Part shown: piece after piece, positions 25,201 to 38,173 of the stretch | How the letters are laid out: every line of letters starts with the position of its first letter | How positions within the stretch are numbered: position 1 is the first letter of the stretch | From: Microthyrium microscopicum | Taxonomy: Eukaryota | Direction of reading: 5' to 3' | Length of the DNA stretch: 64,000 nucleotides | Assembly (NCBI GenBank): GCA_010405405.1 | Contig: MU004239.1 | Span: 1,240,001 to 1,304,000, forward strand | Position numbers and translations under genes: made by a program | The notes under the pieces: generated by a model | Database searches by the model: none | The model's input: only the letters and a program-made list of their open reading frames with translations | What the model was told of the DNA's origin: nothing

Positions 25201-25748
25201 GAGACGTCGTCGAGGATCTCGACGACATTCCGCTTTCCGAGCGCCGCAAACTCCTCCGCAATAACACCCAAACCACCACCTCAACCATCCAACGCCCCGA
25301 TCCAATCCGCACATCCTCCAATCCCATGCGCAGCGACTCCTACCAATCTCTCTCCCGCCGCACCTCCGACTCGGCCGCCATCTACGCCTCCGGCACCGCA
25401 AACCACCGCCTCTCCCAGCAAAATCTCAACGGCGCCTTCAACTCTCACCAGCCGCTCCGGCGCGAAGACTCACTGCCCACACAAGACGACCGCGCGGCCA
25501 AACTCGCTGAGTGGCGCACCTCGCTCCAACAAGACCCCAAGCGCGCAAGCATGACAGCCTCATCGGTGGAAGACCATCGAGCTCTGATGCTTCGTGAGAA
25601 GCGCATGCGCGAACATATGCAGCGACAGCATAGTGCGGCGAAGGAGCAGTTTGGTGCTGCTATGGATCAGCAGATGAGGGCGCCGGATGGGATGTGGTTG
25701 CATGCAAAGCGGTTGAGCCAACTGCAGGCGCAGACGAAAATGAAGTAG
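22234..25748 (+). CDS. Membrane protein with signal peptide, DUF4203/TMEM198-like TM bundle and long disordered cytoplasmic tail
   Basis: MQLQRLLTALLLCCS signal, S/T-rich stalk, LGGFCLSMWLL and FSGATAIVLGIDCFTRAGLKEFWIYVW motifs; four short introns between 22509 and 23251. Confidence 0.85.
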
Positions 25749-26359
25749 ATATTGAAATTATTTGCTTTCTTGACATGGGGCTAGTTATATTGGGTTTTCA
25801 CTTACATACATTGCGTGGGAATAATGGGGATCTCGATAGATAATCTCACGAGTATCTGGTCATTTGGAAGGATAAAATTAGGCTGGGTGGTTGGAGTCGA
25901 TTTGATATGTAGATATAGGTTTGGTGATTGGGCTGTTATGCCGCTCACCATGCCGTACGTAATAAATAATCACGATCTTCATTGATTCTAAAAATGTCTT
26001 TTTTGGGATCTTGGACCTCCAGTTGCGGTTTGTTAAGCATAATGATACAGAGTATGAACGAAGGGTAGGAAATGGGCAAAGGTCTGGGAGTAATGTATTT
26101 ACATTTTCAATTAGGGGTATCATGTATGAAATTATATTACATCTTTGAATAGAGAGTTGCCTTGAGCCGCTGGTTTGCTCCGATATTTCATCAAACATAT
26201 CGCCATATGTCGCCAACATCGATATTTTGGTAGTGTTATGTCTAACATGAGCTCTTATGTTAGTCATAAATTAACTATGTTGTCTGATGAGCTCGCGGTT
26301 TTGAGGGAATGCCTGAATCTTCCAGGGTACTGATGCTCACGGCTGAACAAGGAGTGTCG

Positions 26360-29300
26360 TCATTTGATATACTCTGGGCTCAAAATATTCGCTATCTCCT
26401 CATCAGACACAGCATTCCGTGGGGAGGGAGGCCTTTTGCCTTGAACCACTCGCTTTTTTTGCACGACGTCTTCGGGCTTTGCAGGCTCAGGCTTAGACTC
26501 CGATGCAGCAGGAGTTGCCACCTCCAACTCTGGTATAGTTACTGTCGCTCCTTTATTCTTGGCTGCGCCATCTACAGCTTTGACTGGGAATTTGAGGGTG
26601 GCTTTCCTAGCTTTTCGTTGCTTGCGAGGCGAGACTTTAGCATCTTCGATAGCTCTCCTCTTTGCCTTTGCAGACTGTACTTCTTTGGCGGCTTTCTTGT
26701 CCGACCTGAGCTTTTGCAGAAGCTCACGGCGTAGGTCAGGTTTCAGCAGGCTCTTCGTAGACAATGGCATGTTCCTCCGACGCCCTTTTATAGCAGCATT
26801 TGGATCGAACTTGCTTCTTTCACCACCTTTGCTGACTACAGTTCTATGATAGGGTGTAAAGACAATCGGCCTTGAGTGGGCACTCATCCGGCTTTGGAAC
26901 TTTGTGAAATACTCGGATCCTCTGAGTGCGAGAGATCTGAGCATGCGGAGGAATGATCCGTCATATAATTTATCTTTCTCCTCGTCCGTATCTCTGATGA
27001 ACTTGCGTCGCAGCATCTCGCGATACTGGTCGAGTTTGACACGATCTTCACCAGGTGGCTTTTCAGCATATTGCACTGTCCATTTCTCAGAACTCTCGAG
27101 ATTGTTTGGCCTTCTGACTGTTTGACCATTGACGTAGTTGCGGACGTCAAATTCGTACATGGCTAGATTGGCAGGCTGGTGGTTCCAGTGGAAGGATCCA
27201 ATGCCCTTCTTTGTTTCTCCTTGTATTTCTGCCGCCTTTTGGGCAATCAGTACGAGCATAGGCTTTGACACGGTGTTCAATATTTTCTTGACCATAGTCA
27301 GGGCTTCTTGAGCATCAGATATCACCGGGTCAAATTCTTGGCCTGTCCCAGAAGTATGTACGTCTACAATCACCTGCTCCGTTTTCCTCTTGAGAGGCTG
27401 ATAGTAGCGATACAACGGAGCGAAAGGCTCAGGCGTTATGGCGGTAGAACTGGTCACTGAAGACTCTTGAAGATGTTTGAAGGCTGCTCTGCAGGTCTCG
27501 TAGAGATGGCTGGTCATCTCTTTTATCTCTTTGACTTCACGAGCTAATAAACTTGGGGCAACGCCGTCCGAGTCTACATCTCCTGCTGCGGCTTTCGGAG
27601 AGTCTTCCTTGGCTATTTCACGTAACTCTTGAGCCTCTTGCAGAAGCTCAGGTGTCACTGTTTCCGCGAACACCTGTAGCGATGCGGGTGCAGACCCCTT
27701 TGATGAGTTTTCAAGGCCCCGGTACGATGTGGGTAAGGTGAAGAAGTGTACCCATAGGTCCTACGTAATGTTAGTAAGTGAAGTGCTGGAGGGGCCAATC
27801 TCATGTGTACCTTTTCTGGATTTTCCTCCGTAACACGTTCAAGAATTTCTTGTAACATTTGCATGCTGTATTGAAACTCTTGGGGTCCAACTAGTTCTGG
27901 CTGGCCATGTATTATGGTGTCAATGTCAGGAAGAGATAGGTACCTGAATCCAAAGAGCTGGGCTAGGTTGTGAAAGGCTATAAATATGCCGTCCATTCTC
28001 CCTAGCCTGGCTTGAGCACTATATTTGAAGAGCATGGTTCTCGAGAGATCATACATTTCTCGCTCGTAAGACTCGACGTCTCCCTGTAGGGTTTTGATTT
28101 GGTAGCCTCGCATCTCTTTATAACGTTCTTGAGGATCCATACGGACAGCCAGTGCCGCTCTGGTCTTAAGATCGAAATATCCCCCTCCTCCGTTGACTTT
28201 CAAACGTGGGTCCATAGCATCCAGCTGCGAACGCACCAGAAACTTTCCGATGCCGGTGAAGTTGAATGCCTGCTGCTCGACCTCCTGCTGCTTCTGTTTT
28301 TTACCAGCGTCGCCTTCTTGCTTGTTAGATTTTAGAAATGTACGAAATTCCTCTTTTGGGACAGTAAGGAGCTTTTCTAAGAGGTGACCAGCCATCATCA
28401 GCTCTTGAGCCCCTCCGCTTTTGGTCATGTCGGGATCAACGCAATAGCAACCATTTCCAAGATACTTCAGCATTATAGAAGTAGGTACTTTTTGCGTGTC
28501 TGTAGGGTCGCTCTTGACTGCTTCAAATTCCTTGCTGGTAAACTTCACATTAACTGGACGCCAATCGCTGATGAAGTAGTGCAACTGCTGCAGCATTTGG
28601 GTCATCGTGGAAGTAGATCCGAAGAACTTCCTGGAAGGATATTTTTCCAGGAGAGAAGGGAGCGTAGGATCTTCCGAGGGTTTGTGATATGGTGGTAAGG
28701 CATCGAAGTTGAAATCATCTACTGAGGGTATCATTTGGATATCTGGGTCAAAGTTGTAAACACCCGTTCGTGGGCACTGAAAGGTGGAAACTCCCGGGTT
28801 GAAAATGACACGGTCTAATCCATGGTGAAGCCTTGGGGGCTCTACTTTTTCGCTTGACGTTCCACCGCCAACATCCTCAAGCTCCGACTCTACTATTAAA
28901 ACGTTCTTGAATTCCCACCTCGTAGGATCGTCAGCCCTTCCATCCTTCCTCGCAAGGCTGACAGGTAGCTGCTTGATGCCAGGCGGTTCAAGCGGAAGTG
29001 CCAACTCTGGCTGGGAGTTCAGCTCATGTCTCGTGAATTCGCGAGCTACTTGCTGCTTTTTTGGCAGCTTGCTAGGCGATTGTGTGACACTGGGTTGTGC
29101 TCTGCGTACCATCTCTGGCAGCGCCCCGGTTTGCTCAGTTCGGATGCCCTTAATTCGGACGCCATGAACCAGGGGCCGCCCATCTGTAGCTTGGACACGC
29201 TCAATCTTGATGGTGGTAGGTTTATAGTTGTATGCCAATCCCGCCGGGTTTTTCAACCACTTCCAAGCTAGCCCGCATGCTAAGTATTTCGCTTCTTTCT

Positions 29301-29709
29301 TAGTGTTTTGAGGGCGGTCGGCGATAAATGTTTTCCTTGTGCCGTCTTCCAGAGTCAAAAAGATCTTGCCAAGGAATGGACCTAGGTGACCATCATTTGG
29401 GTTCCAAGCCTGGAAATCAACAATAATCCGATTCAATGTACAGAATTTATAAAGATCGGTCACTGGATTCTCCCTGGACACGGCCTTAGGTGATTTGGCC
29501 GCTGAATCCGATGAGAGGACGACATCGTTCGATATGCTAGAGGGGAGGTGTGATGATGAGCTGGATGTAGTGCTTTGCGAAATGTAGTATCGTATACTCG
29601 TGGGTAGTTTGCTCGAGATTCGTCGGGGGGCGGAGAAATGTCGACAGCGAATGATGCCATGGCGATAGACAGTCCTTGAAAAGAGATACTGCGTGTTACG
29701 AAGGTTCAT
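26360..29709 (-). CDS. PET127: Mitochondrial 5'-3' exoribonuclease Pet127 with an N-terminal dsRBD-like segment
   Basis: Arg-rich presequence from MNLRNTQ; PPRLHHGLDRVIFNPGV, FFGSTSTMT, RSQLDA, FDLKTRA, KYSAQARLGRMDGIFIAFHN; one intron at ~27810-27761. Confidence 0.95.
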
Positions 29710-31418
29710 GAGGCCGTGAAAGCATGGCTCGTGTATTCGCATTACTTTTGAGGACTGATTGTTGTAGGATGTACAGGAGTTGGGGCATTTCACCCTATTC
29801 TTCTTTCAATTTCAATGAAGTCTGCGACTTTTTTGTTAAGCCAATGATATGATTCGGCAATTTCGGGATCAGACCCGAAAGCATAATGCATGCTGGTCGG
29901 CATTTCGGAGGCAGCACGCAGGGCTGCTTCCGACCAGCTAGTCTCCACGCTAGACAACGTGGGTGATACAACCTCTCCTCTGTTAATGTTCCTTTCATCA
30001 AAGGCTCTCACTCAAAATCTACTACATGTATACTCGCTAACAACAAACGCGTAAAGCTCGCCTTTCATCAGACCAGAGAATCATCAAATCATCGCAAATG
30101 ATCGGAGCCCGCCGCACGTGCGAGAGAGATCTTCGGCGTCGGCAGGTTTCACGTCCAATTGTTATATCGAGAGATGATATGCTGCAAGGGTTCTTACCTA
30201 TGACGCACCACCAGTTAATTCTCAACTCAAGCTGATATCGCCAGGCTTTCCCATTAGTCTCTTGATTTTACCCCAGCATTATTGATGCTTAGCTACACTC
30301 AGGGCCTTGAACGGTGGGGTATCAACTCCGAGCGCACCGTTAGCTATACGTAGTATTGGGAGGTAGTAAGAAGCGTGTTTAACTGCCAGTGGAGAATAAG
30401 AACCTGTACTTATCTTTCCAACTTCATCTTCAGCTCTTACTGCATGTCTGCCTTTACAGTCTTTGCACTTTGTGTAACCTGTTACCTTCTACCTTTCTGA
30501 CGACCAGTTTTATCTCCTACTACACCAGCTAATAACACAGTCCTTGCTCACATCATTCCGTTTCCATCCTAGACGAATTTCTTGTAAGTTCCAGCCTTCA
30601 TCATATACTCAATTATCTTTCTTCGGTTCGCCTTGTGCGTGACACGCGCAACAGGTCAACAAAGCGGATGGTACGCGGATCGATACCAAACTCCTTATCA
30701 CTACCATCGTGCTTCATCAAGGCATGATGCTCTTTGACTTGTTGTTGTCAATTGGGGCTTGCCAGTTATCCCATTTACGCGCGTGGCCACTGCGTTCGGT
30801 TAGGCTTTAGTCTGCTCGCGCCACGACCAATGTCGGGTCTGATCTGTCAAGTCACAGCAAGAGATCTTCCCCGTTTACTCCGTTGTCCTGTCATTTCCTC
30901 AATTTTGTTGTTTCATTTTTGTGTCTACCTCTTTACATTCAGATTTATATGGCTTTTTCCATTCCCACAAATCCGCGTCTCCAGATGGAGAGCACAGGCC
31001 TGTTGAAACCCCACTGGCTGCATTCAGTGGCATCAGTGGCACAAACGCACCTGATGGCATGTCACCAGTCTTGTTTTGTACACGCTTACTCCCACATAAA
31101 CATGGACCTGTCGAGATTTCGTTTTTGTCACTAATTGAAAGAATAGCTTTTATACCATTCTGGAGAACTTTTTATTGGACCGCTTTAGTGTGCTAGGGCA
31201 AATCCATCCACCTCAGAATCGACTTCAGAAATAAGCGTTGCGGGCATGAAGTTGGGTAGTACGCGAAAGGTAAAAGCTCTTGGGAGACACAAGCTTTCAC
31301 AAGCTTCCGCCGCCAGTCACGAATTCGTCCTGGTTTGAATCTCCCTCCGTCAGAAATCCACCAAAACGTCCAGCGTCAATATCAACAACAGCAATCACCA
31401 GCCTGCTAAAACACGACA

Positions 31419-34400
31419 ATGCCTCGATCTGCTAGTGACGGTGGTGCCAACCATCATCTTTTACGCAATGTCTTTGCAAAGTCGGCTCTTGGGTTCAACT
31501 CATTCAAGGAGGATACAATACATCTCCACAAAAAGGGCCTAGAGAGCTCCGTGACAGAAATAAGGCAGCGAACGCAGAGCATCTTCCACACTCGATCAGC
31601 TTCCCATTCTATACCGGGCCAGGCGGAACAATATGCAAGCTCAGGTTTACTCAAAAAAAGACGTTCCATCGCCCGGTTAGAAAGTTTGCGCCCTTCCTCG
31701 CAATCCAGGCACTACCCGACTATCTGGTCTCCTTCATCACCAACAGTGACTGAAGTATTATACAGCCCAGCCGAGACAGAAACTTTTACATCTGAAGCCT
31801 TTTACGGACGCGTTCTACAGCACGGAGAAGTCCACTCGTCTTCGGTACCATGGCGCAAAAAGACAGAATACCTCGTGCTCACCGAAAACTACTTGCTAAG
31901 ATTCAAGAGCTTAAAGAAGGCTGCAGAGAGCTTTCCATCACTAGCTTCCCAGGCCTCTAATGTGTCGCGGCAGAATTCGATCCAGTCATACAACTCGTCA
32001 TCGCCCGTAGACTCTGTTCCAAGCGGATCAAGTGGGACAGACTCACCTACAGAGCCAGCTGCGAAATCTTCCATTTGGCTCCAATATCTCATTGCGGCTC
32101 AGGTGGTTCATGAGAGTAGAGCTCACGCGACTGTTGAGATAGTCTGGGATAACAATGCCAAGTCGAACGTATCAATTCTCCCAATTACCGTGGATCGACA
32201 TAATGGTCAGCCTCACTGGCTCGAATCATTAAGCAGCATAGCAAAGGCGTGTAGAAGTGAGAATATACCTTCTCCGTCGCCAATTCACCAGAAGGCTATC
32301 AACGAGGCGGTCGAAAAGAATCTCGACTCAATTCTTGATGATCGGTCGTCACAATTTTTGGTGCATCCTCGACCCAGCAACGGGAGTGAATCTGGATTTG
32401 TTGTTCCAGATGAACTTTCAAAAGATCTAGAATGTCTACGATTTCTAGTTATTGGAAAGAACAAAACGCATCTCATACCAATTACGCCTTGTTCAACCGG
32501 TCTCACTCGATCGCACTCTGATACCCCAGTCAAGGCCTTATCTTATGGAACCGTCGGCCTCAAGAGTGTCTCTATTAATGACCAAACTAATTCACTGACA
32601 CTGATCTTCAGGTAAGGATTCAGTGTATCTACACACGTGTTCATTGCTAACAGTATGGTAGTCAACCGCGACTGCTGGATGTGGTGCTAGACTTGTCATC
32701 TATGCATTGCCAGGAGATCGCCCAGCTACTCTATACACAACTTGAGTACCTTCGTCCAAAATGGGTTATAGAGCCATCTCTTTTCAAGGTCTCGCCAGAT
32801 TTACAGTCGCAGCTAGGTCAAGAGCCAGTAGCTGCTTGTCCTCCATGTGAAACCTTCAGTCGAGTCCTGGATGCTTATTGCGCTGCCTGGAATATTCGCT
32901 CTGAGACCATAATCTATGACATCGACGTAATGGTTGAGGACAAGCCAAAGTTCCGATTGAAACCTCGTGGCAAGGTCTATCAAGCGCACGAACTTCTAGC
33001 AGTATTCCGCGCGCTGCGCTACAATGAATACTTCGCCACGATCTCATTTGCCAACATTGTTCTGGACTCAATCACAAGTAATTACGGACAAGCTGGTTAC
33101 CAAGACATATGCTTGGATCCTGTAATTGGGCCCCCGCTGAAAACAAGTCATGTGGAGGTGAAGGAGACTTCTCTCCTGTACCAAGAAATCAGTGCTATAG
33201 TCATGACGAACCGAAAGCTGAGGAGGTTGGATCTGACGTCTTGCATATACCGACACCACAACGAGCAGATATTCTCGATAGGAGAGAATAAAGGCTGTGA
33301 CATAGTCGAGGCACTTTACAGCCTTTGCAGCAATCAAAATACGAACCTTGACTGGATCATCCTTAGCGGCATACGACTATCGCAAGTTGATTCAGATCAC
33401 ATTGTGGAAATGCTTGCAAATAAAGATTGTCATCTTCGCGCTATCGAGTTGAGCGGATGTCATCTCGATACATATAGCCTGCGAGCTATCCTATCTGAAC
33501 TGCCGAAGCAGTGGAGAATGCTCGAAGGTATTGATATCTCAAATAATCCTGGAGCGATTGATCCGGAAGTCTCGTTCCCAGTCGACTTCGGTAGTTGCAA
33601 TGCTGTCCGGAGTATCAATCTATCTCGAATACATCTCAAGCGAAGTGTCGCTCCTCTCATCCCCAGAAATATCCTTTTTTCCTGGAAACTTGAAGACATC
33701 AAACTCAGCTGGACATCACTGAACGATCAAACGATGACCGATTTAGTTGAGTATCTACATTCCCCAGCCTCCAAACAGCTCCAATCACTATACCTCGACA
33801 ATTGCGGACTATCGATAGACTGGATAGCCAAGATCTTCGATGCCCTGGCAGGCCACGACAGCGGATCCATCCACCTAGATATCTCCAGTAACAGCATCTC
33901 AAGTGTAGCTCCTGCCATCGCCTCACTACAAAACTGCAGCGGACTGCGCTCCCTGTCCTGGAAACTACTTGACTTCCATTCCCCCGACGAATTCGGCCAC
34001 TTCATTCAGGCCCTCACCGCAAACACAACCATCACCCATCTCGACCTATCCGAGTTACTACTAGAATTCGACCTAAACATCGGTCTCGCCACCGATCTAC
34101 GCACCCTGTTCGCCGAAAACAAAGTCCTCAAATCCATAAGTCTCGCCGGCAATAACTCAATCCTCGACAGCAGCCAATTTGGCCCCCTAGTCGGCGAAGC
34201 CCTCGCTGGCCTCGCACAAAACACCACCCTCGAACGCTTTTACATCGAGCGTCAAGCCATCGGACTCGTAGGCGCGACCGCTCTAGCTACCGTGCTTACG
34301 TCCAACAGCACTCTAAAAGAGCTGCACTGTGGCTCCAACGAGATTCCACTAGCGGGCTGGTCCGCTTTACTGGATAGCTTACAGGGCAACAACACATTGC

Positions 34401-34588
34401 TATATATTGCCGATCCAGAGCCAGATGGGCAACGAGATCTGAACGCTGTAATGAAGAGTGGAGCTGGCTCCCATGAAGCGAGAAGACGGGCGACGGAAGT
34501 AAAGGATGTTACTGAGAAGTATTGGCAACACCAATATGCGAGAAGAAAGGAGTATCTAGAGCGGAACTTTCAGAGCAGTGGTTTGTGA
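31419..34588 (+). CDS. PH-like domain plus RNI-like leucine-rich repeat protein
   Basis: WRKKTEYLVLTENYLLRFKS PH-like start; FRALRYNEYF and repeated LxxLxLSxN units; intron at ~32612-32661. Confidence 0.85.
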
Positions 34589-34909
34589 TGAAGTATGTAT
34601 AATTAGAGTTATGACTTGTATATTATTATGATTTGCGATTGGATTAGAAGGATTAGAAGGATTAGATTCCTGGAGGCAAAGCGTACACTTCTGAGCGAAT
34701 GATATTGAACTTCTTGATGAACCAATGCACACTTTCTGTCTTTCAAATCCCTTCAGAATTGAAATTATACCTGAGTAATTTCGTAGAATATTTCCATTAT
34801 TGACTTGACGATTCAAGGGCTCCGAGGTGGATCAAGCTCTCTGCACCACCACGGGCGAACCCCCGTAAACTCCACCTCCCTCCTCATACAATACCCCGAA
34901 AATGCGATA

Positions 34910-35542
34910 ATGCGATATTCAACGCAATTCAAAACCGAGGAAGAGGTCCAAGATGCCTACAGAGTTGCCCTCCAGGGCGGAGTTTCTGGCGCTGCACGGG
35001 TACGTTCACATCAATCTTCATCCATGCGTCATTGATTCGCGAACTCTCGCGAGGCACGCGACACCCAATATCAAGAGCAAGAGACAAGACGTTACGAAGA
35101 ATTGTTTTATGCCAATGCGATGTAGAACTCACGCTGACATGTCTTCTTCTTGAATCCAGTGGGGATTCATTTCCGCGCTCGCTGGCGCTACCGCCATGTA
35201 CTTCAGTCCTGTATTCCGCGGTGTCACGGTCCAGTATAAAGTGTAACTACCACCTCCCATCACCCATCTCTGCCTCCTCACTCGCTTACTCACCATTTCT
35301 ATAGCTTTTTGCAGATGGCCAGTATGACGATGGGTGGTTTCATCGAGGCAGATCGGAGGATGGTAGCTCACGAGCTTGTGGTCCGTCAGCGTAAACGCGC
35401 AGAGCGACAGAGAGTGCTGAGGCAGGAGTTCGCCAAAGAGATGGAGAAAGAACTGGATGAGATTGATGATGCTACGCTTGAAGCGCAGATTCGCGAGGCG
35501 GAGTTGATGAGTGCTATGTCGAGGAAGAAGAGGGTGGAGTAA
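34910..35542 (+). CDS. Small mitochondrial membrane protein, Rcf3-like
   Basis: Three exons give FKTEEEVQDAYRVALQGGVSGAAR-WGFISALAG...SPVFRGVTVQYKV-FLQMASMTMGGFIEADRR, resembling the conserved fungal Rcf3/HIG1-like family. Confidence 0.7.
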
Positions 35543-36031
35543 TGGTGTACGATACTTGCTTTGTAACTCTATAGCGCCAGATGAACGCTACGGACTGTTG
35601 ACAAAAGGATTTGAGATCCTAATAGCTTTAACAGCCAGAAGTAGAAGATTTTTTATATAATTCTTGGATATCCAACAACTCATTGCAGTTATAGGCAGAG
35701 ATGCGCTTGTTCAACGGGCTCCCTGGCGCATGGCACCACTATTTTCTGTTCATATCATCTACAAGCATACGTCCTTAATTTAATCAAGGCTATAAGAATT
35801 ATATTCCATTTAGCCCAGCAGATAGAAGAAGAGAGATGTTAGAATCTTGATGGCTCTAGAAATGGGGGCTAGGAAATGGCCATGGAGAGCAGCGCTCGTG
35901 CTCGCTAGCCCCCTTTGGCCCAGATTTTCACCCCACAAAATCATATCAACCTTCAGTCAACAACATCTCTCCCATCGCCTCGCATATAAACGCTTCCGCA
36001 TCAAATCAATAAACTCATCAAATCCATCAAC

Positions 36032-36403
36032 ATGAGTGTCGTACCACTTAACCCTCGGCCCATGCTTCAGAGCCTCATCAACGAACCCATCATCGCGCGC
36101 CTCAAATGGGGCGAGACAGAATACAAGGGAACGCTAGTTTCCGTTGATAGCTGTAAGATATCCTTCGAGATTTTGATGGATGTGCAGCTAATTTTGTTCT
36201 CTATAGACATGAATCTACAGTTGTCTGGTGCGGAAGAGTATGTGTCGGGGAAGGCTTCTGGATCGCTAGGCAACGTCTTGATAAGGTGAGCTTCAGCCTG
36301 CTTTGAGTGTAAGATCACGAACTAATAACTCTGTAGATGCAACAATATCCTCTGGATTCGGAGCGCGAATGAGGAAGAGTCGGATGTCAAGATGTCGGAT
36401 TAG
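36032..36403 (+). CDS. SMX3: Small nuclear ribonucleoprotein SmF
   Basis: PLNPRPMLQSL...RLKWGETEYKGTLVSVDSYMNLQL...LIRCNNILWI; two introns (36153-36206, ~36286-36337). Confidence 0.96.
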
Positions 36404-37277
36404 CTGAAGATCTGAGCAGGCGTTTTTGTGGGAATTCAAGGTCATGAGAGGCATACGTTTGGGCGCCAAAGCTGGAATGAACTCGGAGCAAATGCTGTGT
36501 TGTATTCCGTAAGCAAATTCAAAATCATTCACAGACATAGTTAACAACCCCAAGCGTTTGGCAAACCAATTCTGAATAGTATACGCTGATCCTTGGGCTA
36601 TGGCGACATGGAACTGGGTCCAATAGCCTTGCTGGAAGTCTCGAAGCATGCACATCCTCACATACAAACATGGAAAATATGAACCTATTGCAAGCTTTTT
36701 TCAGGAAATCATAGTCATAGCTGAACTATGATTGCGAGCACCAACATGGCGATGCCGACCAAAGGAGACTGGGCACTCCGGAAACCCTGAGCCTTGTTGG
36801 CCCATAGTTTGCAATCATATATGACGACATGGAGCTTTTTTTTGAGGTTCTGAACTATGCAAATCTGTGTATGCGCTGGGCGTACCTTGAAAATCAAGTC
36901 GATGCCAAGTATAATTGTTTGGCCTATCGGTTGTGGTTATGACCATCGATCCTTATGATTTCAAGTGAGCATGTAATAAAAGATGCATATCGTTGTCTTG
37001 GAACTTCAGTCGAACTTATCAGACTAATCAGCCTTACCAAACCCCACGTTCGTCAAAATGCCTCGGATTGCGCCAAGGGATTTGAAGAATCAAGCTGCAG
37101 ATACCAGTCAGCCTGATGGGCGCAGTCACGGTGGCTGCGTCGCCGTATCAGGCCTGTCTCGTAGCAGGGTGATGCATAATCACCTTTCGACGGCCTCATC
37201 GTCGCGAAAGGTTATCTAATACGTTCTGTTCAAGGAAGCAAGGTTATCTCCCATGCCTTACAGCACATTATCTATTT

Positions 37278-37931
37278 ATGCGGTGGCACCTCTTACCGAC
37301 GCTTTTATGCTTCCTCTTGGCTACCATAACACCATTAGGCTACGCCCAGAATGAAACGGAAGGGATTGAGTGCGGCATACATAATGGGGGAGCAAAATGC
37401 GGTCCCAACGAAGGATGTTGTAGTCACTACGGGTAAGCAGAATTTCGAAACAAATCGTCATGTCTAAACCATATTCAGATGGTGTGGCTTCACCAATGCG
37501 CAGTATGTGCCTCCAGGACACTCGTTTTCGATCTTCTAATAGTCCCGGATAGTTGTCTTGACACCAATCGCTGCCAGAGAGGCTACGGAGAATGCTCGAA
37601 TGGCACAGTGACTTCAACCTCGCCTTCACCAGCGACGGCAACCTCACAACCAGCGAAAAACGGACCACTGAGCGACAAAGCCATAATAGCAATAGCTACT
37701 GTCGGAGGATCCATCGTTATTGCTTGCCTTGTTGTCCTTGTTTGCTGCTGTATGCAGCGAAACAATCATCGACATCAGCGCCAGATGGCCAATGATTTTC
37801 TTGGACGCCCAGCACCACTACAGATTGGTCAAGGGCCTGTCCAACGACTTATAGGTGGGAGACCTGGGCGTGTTTATGGGGTAATTACCCGCACAAACCT
37901 CGTCGGTCAAATACAAATGCTAATCAATTGA
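37278..37931 (+). CDS. Single-pass membrane protein with an N-terminal hevein-like chitin-binding (CBM18) domain
   Basis: Signal MRWHLLPTLLCFLLATITPLGYA. Removing introns 37433-37478 and 37503-37552 gives CGIHNGGAKCGPNEGCCSHYGWCGFTNAHCLDTNRCQRGYGEC. Followed by an S/T linker and TM helix AIIAIATVGGSIVIACLVVLVCCC. Confidence 0.8.
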
Positions 37932-38173
37932 TACAGGTGGATGACTGATGGAAGACTTCCAGACCCGATGTCTCTGTTCATTTTGTGCTGCAGGGAGTGT
38001 ATATATTCGCAATCGTCTTTCATAGGCTTCGATATTTAACTTCGTTTTCGCTCTGATGCCCAATGGCATTATTCTCCAAAAAGGAGCGATGCACAACTTC
38101 ACTATTAATGAAGAATGCCAACCTCTGTGATCAACCAATGCTGTGGGCCGATCCATATGAACCTCGAGAAATA

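Noticed and set aside
23436..25401. Numerous antisense and alternate-frame ORFs inside large genes
   Set aside because: Shadow ORFs arising from the codon bias of the real CDS.
34640..34667. GGATTAGAA x3 and other short repeats (14283-14307, 49241-49258)
   Set aside because: Ordinary micro/minisatellites in UTR or intergenic DNA; not telomeric or CRISPR-like.
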